From NCBI RefSeq assembly GCF_033153115.1, contig NW_026889778.1, forward strand, positions 11,532,001 through 11,596,000: DNA of 64,000 nt, written 5' to 3'. Positions 55,101-64,000 of the stretch are shown one piece after another. Origin of the DNA: Saccostrea echinata (Eukaryota). Both the position numbers and the translations under genes were made by a program. The notes under the pieces are model-generated. The model made no database searches, was not told the origin of the DNA, and saw only the letters and a list, made by a program, of their open reading frames with translations. The stretch's first letter is position 1. Each line of letters starts with the position of its first letter.

Positions 55101-58100
55101 CAGATTTAATTAACATAAAAAACTATGTTACAGTATAAATTTATTATATCAGCTTAATGAAGCATTGTTAAGCTGAAAGTATTCCCAAGATTTTCTTATT
55201 TAGCTTCTTGAGATATCGCCCGGAAACGAAAGTGTTACAGTGTATCATCTCTTTCTCCATTATGTAAACAGTATTTCCTCAGTTTTCCTCTCTGAATGTT
55301 TCATGATTTCATGTTTTAAAACATTCTGTGAATTTTTCAGCACTTTAACAACTTTTACATCCTGATGCTGGGGCGACTTTTGGGAGGAATCGCCACCTCC
55401 ATCCTATACAGTGCCTTTGAGTCCTGGATGGTGTATGAACATCATAAGGTAGGTGGATCCTAGATTTTCATTTTTTCTTCTTTCATTAAAATTAATTTTT
55501 TTCACTTGTATATTTTATGAGCAGCCTTTTCTGCTCATTTTGGAAGAATACTACATTAAATCATTAAAAAAAAAATGGAAAAATTAATATAGTTAATTTG
55601 GGGAAAAATTTACCACATTTCTTAGGGAAACTGCCTCTATTCATCTGTGATTTTGGGTCATGGTAAACAATGAAAATGCAACCTTTATTCCTGAATTCCT
55701 TAAGTGCTGTACATTTAATAGCGTAATTAATTTGGAGATAATCATGGTATATTTGATACACAAGTACATGTATGATTGTTGGTCTGAACATGAACCAGTA
55801 TTGTACAACTTTTAAAACATGCTTAACTCCCTTAATACGTACTGGTCTAATTATTGGAGGAGCTATTTGTTTAATGGTTCAGAAACAGATGTTAAGGAAG
55901 CTCTAAACACTAACAAAAAGTGCTTTTTGGACTTGGAGAAAAATATATCATATAAAGGTGTGCATATTGAGACTATTCAATTCATTTTCAACATAGGGTA
56001 CCTGCCTTATTTCTGCAGGAAAAATGTTCACAGACAATTGACTATACGTGAACAGAAATCACTGTTGTTTACCAACATTGGGAAAATTAATGGAAATAAA
56101 GATTTCAATTACTTATTCTTGGTCTAATATAATGCTATGAATGTTTTAATCTATTGAAAATTGTGTAATTAACTATAACTAACCATTTTTTCTATCTTAC
56201 TTCTAAGGGCAGATCACTCTAACTGTATAAAACTACCCTACAATTAGAACTCTTTAGTGTGCAGTGTTCAGAGCTTCCTTAAAGAATAATATTATCCTTC
56301 CCAGATCCTATATAGTATCCATTCCCCTGGAAAGAAATTACAAGATTAGATTTTGATTCTGATTAGCATGTGTGCACTGGGTTATTTAACATGTTCAATT
56401 TAATTTGCATACATTCATAAAAAGAATTATTAGTTTCTTTTCATGAATTGAGATTAGATAGAAGAAAAATCAATGAATCTTATAAGTGGTGATTATATTG
56501 CAGAAAATCTAGATGTAGTGATGGTGACAGATAAATGCATGTTTGTGTATAAAATCCATATCAGAATTTCTTAACAGATGTTACAAACCATATATCAATT
56601 TTATTTTAAGTACTGTTTTGATGGTTATCTCTTTAATAAATGTTTTTTTTTAAATTTAAAATTTGATTTTGTTGTATTTGTAGAGAGGATTTGACCAGGA
56701 ATCCCTTGGAAATATTTTCAGTAATGCTGTGTTGGGGAATTCCTTGGTGGCCATTCTAGCAGGCTTGGTAGCCCAGACTTTTGCAGACAGATTTGGATTT
56801 GTGTAGGCAGAGTTTAAAATAAGATAACCCATATTAAATTAAAAAGATATCAATTAATAAAGAGACATATTGCCATGCATATTTTATAAGGCTATTGATT
56901 TTTTTTCTATAAGTTGAAAATAGGAATTTCATCTTTGATTGTTAGACACTGTAACTTTAATAAAATGTATTATGGTATATTCAGAATTTCAAAATTGAGT
57001 ATAAATTTATTAATCCCAATTTGACACAGTCATGAATAAGCACTATATAGTAATTACACACACATGAAATGTACAGATGTATATTTGACCAGTTACATTT
57101 TGTATATATTCAATTTTTAAATATGTGCTTGATGTAATCTTTACAACTTAGCATTCAGAAAAAAAAAACGCAGAATACCTCCCCAACCCCATCATCCCCT
57201 CCTTAAAAACAAAACATATTCAAAATGTTGTATTCATACAGTTCAAGATATTATTACTTTCTTTAATCTTTTTTTTTCCCCAATTATCATGAAAGTTATC
57301 TGTAAAGGAAAAAAAAAATGAAAAAAATGTGACAAGCTTTACCATCACATATATTTCCAAGATACAAAGCAAACAACCACAAAACCAAACTCAATAAAGC
57401 TTTGATCCTGCTAATAATTGTATTATTAGTACACATGCACCAAGTGAACATACATGTGCATGTAATTTCTTCATTGTGAACCTAACAGATGAAATTCAAT
57501 TCTTTTGTATCATAGCTATGTCTATTATTTACAGGGCCCAGTTTGATGTGGCTCTTTGCCTGTTATTCACAGGGCCCCGTTTGATGTGGCTCTTTGCCTG
57601 GTATTCACAGGGCCCCGTTTGATGTGGCTCTTTGTTTGTTATTTACAGGGCCCCATTTGTTGTGGCTCTATGTTTGTTATTTACAGGGTCCTGTTTGATG
57701 AGGCTCCTTGTCTGTTATTTACAAGGCCCCGTTTGATGTGGTTCTTTGTCTGTTATTTACAGGGCCCCGTTTGATGTGGCTCTTTGTTTGTTATTTACAG
57801 GGCCCCGTTTGATTTGGCTCTATGTCTGTTATTTACATGGCCCCATTTGATGTGGCTCTTTGTCAGTTATTTACAGGGCCCCGTTTGATTTGGCTCTATG
57901 TCTGTTATTTACATGGCCCCATTTGATGTGGCTCTTTGTCAGTTATTTACAGGGCCCCGTTTGATTTGGCTCTACGTCTGTTATTTAGAGGGCCCCATTT
58001 GATGTGGCTTTTTGTTTGTTATTTACAGGGCTCCGTTTGATGTGGCTCTGACTGTCCTGACTATAATGACAATCATTATTGTGTTTACGTGGGGCGAGAA

Positions 58101-61100
58101 CTTTGGAGACAAGACAGGAAACTGGAAACAAAACTTTACAAACGCACTGGTAGCCATTCGCAATGGTAATAAATTATAATGCTGTTATGTCCATAACACA
58201 GTTTTAAACAATTTTGATTTTCGTAATGATATTTTGAAAAATTAATTATAAAATTAGATGATAAGTATAAACATCAACTTTTGATTACCATAGTAGACTT
58301 TTGTTTGACCACTAAGAATGAATTAAAAGTCCACTGAATGTACAGTTAAAGCAAGTTAATTTTTGTACCCTATTGTTTTACAGATACTAAAATCTTATGT
58401 TTGGGACTGATTCAATCCCTGTTTGAGGGCTCCATGTACATCTTTGTGTTGGAGTGGACCCCTGCCCTGACTCCAGAAACTAAACCAGGCTCAACTGAGA
58501 AACATGAATCCATCCCTCATGGTCACATTTTTGCTGCATTTATGGTGGGTGGATTCCAATAACCCCCTTCTCAATACGTTAAAGTATTCAACAAAGATTT
58601 GATGATAAATGCTTGTTTTGTGCTGCATATGGTCCAAGCATACATGTAATTGTTGAGAAACTGTTGACTTTTACATAGCTACATAAATAATATATTTAAA
58701 GTTCATAGCATGGTGAGAAAAAAAAATGCACATCAGAAGTATATATGTACAATCACATGAACTGCATGTTAAAAATTTGGACAATACTTGATAATAGGTG
58801 TATTTAATTACAGGTCTCAATAATGATAGGATCATCCATCTTCAAACTTTTATCTAAATATACCAATGTAGAGTCCTTTATGAGGTAGGTATTCACGATA
58901 ATGTAAGTTTTACCCAGTATTTGTTTGACATACATGTACTATAGATGCTTATTTTACGCTTGTACATGTACTTTATATACACCAAATGACTAAATGGCAT
59001 CAAATCATAAGAAAATGAATTTGTAGTGAACTGTTGGTCATGAATTTTTACATCTGATTATAAGCAATGTAAATATAAAAAAAAGCAATTTTAGTTTGCA
59101 AATAGAGCTTCTCGTTAAAGAACGTGATATTAAATTCCTCATGTATATTTAGGAATCTACAGTATTTCAAGAAGTAAACAAATACAAGACATGTATAATG
59201 TTTGGTTTAACTTAACTGTGGAGAAATTATTCATTAATCCCACGCAGCACAGTTAAGGCTGCAGTAAGGAGGCGGGGCCTAATTTATACGGGAAATGCTT
59301 ACTATGACATCACACAAAAATATAAGTTCTTCAAATTACCACAAAATGAAATGATTTGCTATTTTAAACTGTTGAATAGCTTTAAACTAGATCAATACTA
59401 ACTAGTGCATGCATTATTGTCGTTGGTTAAATCCCACACAGCAATATATAAACAATTCACTGATCGCAATGCACTTGTCAATGTGACGTCATATCGTAAA
59501 ATTTGACGCCGTTTGTATGCAGTGAGAGGCGGATCAAGTTATATTTATACAATGAAAAAGGTATTTTGTAATTATATAAAATATAAATTGTAGATATATA
59601 AGAGGCGATTAACTTGGATGCGATGTCTATTTTATGATTTTATTCATATACTTCCCGTACATTCCCTAGACAAGCGATACTGTCGTATATTTCTTTGCAG
59701 ATTCATTGAAGGGTAATAGAAGGGTCGTAATAAATCGATATATTGCAAGGGCATACCCTCAATGAATTACGACAAGCTTTTACACATAAACTCAAGAGGT
59801 ATGAAGATATTTGAAAAGTGCTGCGAACCTGTTGAAATCTTGCAAATGAATTAATTATATCTATATTTAATGTACTTGACCAGCAAAATATTCAACATAC
59901 GGTCTGACAAATGTAATTTTAGCAATTAGATATAGTAGAATCTATATAGGTTTGCAGCACTTTTCAGAAACTACAAAGAGTGTTGAAAATAATTATATTT
60001 TAAACTTAGATGATTGTTTAACTTGGTTATGCCCTTGCAATATTAGAATTTATAGATGACCTCAATACTTCAGGTATATTTGCTAAAATCACCTGACTGC
60101 CACATCACGTGACAAGTCTAAATTAGAAATCTAATCGTTCTCAACACGTAGTTTTCAACCACATTGCATTTGTCTGATAATAGTAAAGTCCTAAAAAGAA
60201 ACGCCCATCCTTGTAAATAATGTATTTTCTATCTAAAAAATTCGCCGATATTTCCATTTGGCACCTTAACTGTACTGCGCACGTATTTTCTTACGTAAAC
60301 AATTTTCCCAGGAGCATGAAGTAACACAATTCTCAATTGAGAGAAAAAACAAAAACAAAAGAAGGTAAAATTTTATTTAAAGTTTTTTTTCCCATTTGTT
60401 TGACTCAGGTGTAAACAAAGAATTTCTTCTTTTTATTGTAGAGTTGTTTTATTCACTGCAGCAGTCTCGCTTACCACACCTATTTTATTCAAAGGGGTAG
60501 GTCTTATTTTTACTTCAAACATGAAAGAGATAGTTTATAATTGCACGTAAAACTCAAAGTGCACAGTAACATGTATTACCTTTTCTGTAATAACCAGATT
60601 TCCACTACTATCATGAAGCTGCAAAAAAAAAAGAACTTTTAGCTTGGTAATTTTTCAGAAAAATGATAAACGATTCACCAGATAAATAATAAAGCAAAAC
60701 ATGCTTATAATGATGTGCCAGGGATGGATGGTTTTGCTTCATTATAAACATAATTTGTTACATCGGTTAAGTCCACAATATATTTTAGAGCCCCTGGGAA
60801 TGAAAATCACTATGCTGTAAGCATCAATTCATTATTGGCATGTTTGCTATAAGCATGTTTTACTGTAAATGAGAAATTTTAGTTGTTTTGTGATGCTGTG
60901 TTTTTGTCTGTTTTCAGCACCAGTTAATTGTGTTCTGCGGGTTTCTAATATTTGAGTGTTGTGTTGGTATATTCTGGCCATCCTTAGGACAGATGAGAGG
61001 GAAATATGTCCCCGATGATAGTAAGTACTCTCTCACTCGTCCTTGTTACATTTCAGTGAATACATGTAGTACACTGCAGCCATAAATGAAATTCATATCT

Positions 61101-62017
61101 TCCCATATTATTACTACCTACTGCTTATCTGTGTGGGATACCATGATTTTTTTTCCTAAAGGATGAATTAAACCATGCAGTTTTATTTTGAAATTATCAG
61201 AATAAGATTTTGAAGTAATATTTTCTTTTTCAGCTCGATCCACCATCATGAATTTCTTCAGAGTCCCATTGAACATGATTGTAGTAGTGATATTATTACA
61301 GGTTTGTGCTTTTCTATTATTCTACATTAAATCTACTGTATAAAAACTGCCATATATTCACTACAATTATTTTTGACTACAGAACCTGCAGATGAAGGTG
61401 ATATTTGAGTGCTGTGTGGCGTTCCTTATGTTGGCCACCGTCTGTCAACAGTGGTTATACAGGTCAGTACCACAGTCTGATAAGATGGCTTTTTATAGCT
61501 TTTATTGACAAGCATCTCGGCAGGTAGTGCTGTATTTCTGTTTTATCATATCACCTGTAGTGTACATGAATTTACAAATTTGCTAAAAAAACATTATAGT
61601 TCTGCTATTTTGAACATATATGTAAACTTAGGAACAACAAAATCACTGTATACCTGTATAAGAACAGTGGAAAAAATCACGCTGAATTATTTTCACAATT
61701 GATGTACATGTAGGACTATGAAATAAAGCTATGATCAAACTTTGTAAGTTCATGGATATAATGTACATGTATTACTCTTGTTTGTTTGTTTTCTTCTAAG
61801 TCTTATATTTTCACATTTTTTTTACTTATTATTAATTCTTAAAATAACAGCAAATGTATTCTTGAACATAGTTAATCATTTTGGAAGAAATTTCCCATAC
61901 AACTTTTCAGAAATGTGTCCAATACTCCTCTGGCTCTGTGCAATGTTTGGTTTGTTTTGTTCTTTCAGCGTAGCTGCTGAACAACAAACCAGACAAAGGG
62001 GGATAATCCAGGCTTGA
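49128..62017 (+). CDS. MFSD5: MFSD5-like major facilitator (molybdate-anion transporter family), 13 coding exons, 434 aa
   Basis: Exons 49128-49275, 54494-54638, 54794-54854, 55341-55448, 56684-56802, 58029-58165, 58384-58544, 58814-58884, 60442-60496, 60918-61020, 61234-61301, 61383-61462 and 61969-62017 total 1305 nt. Motifs DWLQGPHVYALY, GRLLGGIATSILYSAFESW, WGENFG, QSLFEGSMYIFVLEWTP, RSTIMNFFRVPLN. The family call is secure; exact orthology is less so. Confidence 0.88.
50422..51123 (-). mobile_element. Diverged solo LTR-like sequence, inverted relative to the adjacent element
   Basis: The reverse complement matches blocks of 52112-52865 (ATTATCAC start; ACGGCC.CACAGCGCC.CTAC; CGCCAAC.TTCC...CCCCGTT; AAACAACGGAT; AAATCTA). 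Confidence 0.65.
51131..52865 (+). mobile_element. Non-autonomous LTR retrotransposon (TRIM-like): two near-identical ~655-bp direct repeats around a ~330-bp non-coding interior
   Basis: 51131-51786 matches 52214-52869 almost exactly. The repeat ends GTCACA followed by TGGTGG (PBS-like); purine tract GGAGCGGAGGGAAA at ~52098-52111 precedes the second repeat. Confidence 0.75.
54187..54361 (-). mobile_element. Tc1/mariner-like MITE, copy 4
   Basis: TA-CAGTTGAACTTCGG...GAGGTTTGACTG-TA. Confidence 0.8.
57515..58049 (+). repeat. 38-bp minisatellite, 14 copies, spanning the MFSD5 intron 5/exon 6 junction
   Basis: Consensus TGTTATTTACAG|GGCCCCGTTTGATGTGGCTCTTTGTC; ACAG-equivalent positions every 38 bp from 57531 to 58025. 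Confidence 0.97.
59243..60279. mobile_element. Probable non-autonomous DNA transposon with TTAA-containing ends
   Basis: CGCAGCACAGTTAAGG...CCTTAACTGTACTGCG inverted ends; internal inverted blocks (TTGCAAGGGCATA/TATGCCCTTGCAA; GAAAAGTGCTGC/GCAGCACTTTTC). Confidence 0.55.
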
Positions 62018-64000
62018 TCATAAACTCAGAAAGTACATGTCGGTAATAAACATCTCAGCATCTATTCTTTATAGCATTAGAAATACAATGTTTACAATAA
62101 ATAAAGAAATACATAATCCAACTTTAAATGATTAGCAAATTTGAATGTTCTATATCAATTTAATATACTTGTATTAATGTATACAAATGTCATTCTTCAA
62201 GAAAATCATTATTATACATGTACATGTAAATTGTTTATTTCAATTGAAGTGTAAAAAAAACAAGCCTGGATTTCTTCAGTTACATAATTATTAAATAATT
62301 TAATATATAAAGCTCAGCAAGGTGCATTTTCTCCTTACTAGTAATCTGAGTTTCTGTATTTACTGGTACAATACATCCTTCATATTCCTTTGCTCTAATA
62401 TATTGCTGATCTTGTTGAGTCAGAAATACTTAGTCACTTTTTTTTTCTTTTGCTGCTGATTTCAGAAGAGTTAGTAACATTAAACAGGCTTGAATGCAAG
62501 GTATCATGGTAAATGGGAAACACACATACATATACTACATCTCATGGCAAAAAATTACTACCTGCCCAAAAATTAGGGGAAGGAATTTAAGACCAAAAAA
62601 ATGCATGTACTTTTTTTGAGCTGGGTAAACTACGGTCATTGCTCTGTGAATAAAGTCCATTGGTTGGGTAGAAATGGTATTAATTGTAGCATTTGTCTTG
62701 TAAAAAACTAAATTCATGGACAGTGCTTCAGAAAATAAACTGCATGTGAACAGAGTTGAGGAAAATTTATCTGCATATTATCTAACAAACTGGGATGGCT
62801 CTGATCCTAACTAACAGCATGAATACTTCTACCAAATGAAAGTAATGAATATTTACTGAAGGGTTGAAGTGTGAAGATAGGTATGTGCTTTGTTAAAGTA
62901 CTTGTCAAAAAAACTTTTTCATTCAATGTGATTCCAACTTCGTCAAGCAATAAATTGGTGACATATTACATTGTAGGTATGTGTTCTTTGTTTATCTATG
63001 AGAGTAATTGTAGAGTTAGTATTGTATTACACCTCTGAAAGGTTAAGTCAGTAAATTCTAACAACTTTAATTCACAGAAAACATGTTTACATTAACTCAT
63101 GACTGTATCTTTTTTTTTTTCGCCAACTATAACAAAAGTACTAATTAAGTCTTAAAAGAATGCACCATTGACAAATTTCATAGATCATGAAACAACAATG
63201 GCTGTACCTGGAGTTTCACTAGAATCAGATTGTCTTGTATTTTATTCTTACAGTTCAGCCCAGCAGTCCCATGCCCTGGAAACAAAGAAACCACTCCCTG
63301 AAGAAGCCGAGATTTTAGTATCAGAGGAAATGGCTTAAAGAACAGGCGTATCTCAAACATCAGTGGGCAGACTTGTGATTGTTAAATCTATTGCAACAAT
63401 TTTTTTTTTTTTTTTTGAATAATTTGGAGATAAGAAAAAAATAATTAGGCAATATATCATTAACTTAATTAATAATACAAAACTTTGAATGTGATATATG
63501 TGTTCATGTGAATACGTTTTAATTATGACAAACAGTGACATGAAATTTGTAAAAGATTATATGTGGTACAAAAAAATATGACTTCATATTAAGCAGTATA
63601 TTCATGTATTTATCATGTTTATGGAATGAAGGTGTCTCGAATTCTAATTTTAGCAGAACATTTCTTTAAGGATTCAATAGAGAAACTTTGAATATTCATT
63701 GATTTTTTCTGTCGTGAAAATAAAATCTAATTTGAAATTATTTATTTCTGACCATAGAAAAACATTATATGGTATTCATTCAAATTTCATACATACATGT
63801 ATCATTTAAAGGGGCATGGACACAATTTTGAAGTTTATATCCATCAAAAGTTTCGGTAGAATGCCCCTCATCCCCTTAAATGACATGCTTGATTGCAATT
63901 TACATTAATTTTGTGTAATCACGATATTGATGCATGTATATTATGTATCTTTACACTCAATCCAATATAATATTTTATTTTCTCTAAAATTAATGATGAA

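Noticed and set aside
62018-64000. Possible further gene or exons at the right end
   Set aside because: Only short low-complexity ORFs; no recognisable protein or supportable exon structure.

Overview
Eukaryotic, AT-rich genomic DNA, very probably from an oyster or another bivalve (it carries a HINE/Helentron-type element with ~166-bp Cg170-like central repeats). Bases 1-9351 are one end of an integrated Polinton/Maverick (adintovirus-like) endogenous virus, mostly on the minus strand. It contains an AGTAGT terminus, a protein-primed PolB broken by one frameshift and one nonsense codon, a BIR+RING inhibitor-of-apoptosis gene, a packaging ATPase, two paralogous basic core-like proteins, a conserved unknown ORF and an integrase that runs off the window edge. 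Next come a Helitron-like relic, (TA)n and a decayed Penelope-like retroelement. The rest holds four intact multi-exon host genes: Sec61alpha (+), RUVBL1/pontin (-), CCDC146 (+) and an MFSD5-like transporter (+), whose introns are packed with MITEs, HINEs, a Helitron and an LTR-type relic. Highlights: an IAP-carrying Polinton; a 14-copy 38-bp tandem duplication of an MFSD5 splice acceptor in which only the last copy is productive; the SEC61A-RUVBL1 convergent pair also seen in human; a GC-AG intron in Sec61alpha; and RFX-like X-boxes around the RUVBL1/CCDC146 divergent promoter. All calls come from manual reading; no database searches were run.
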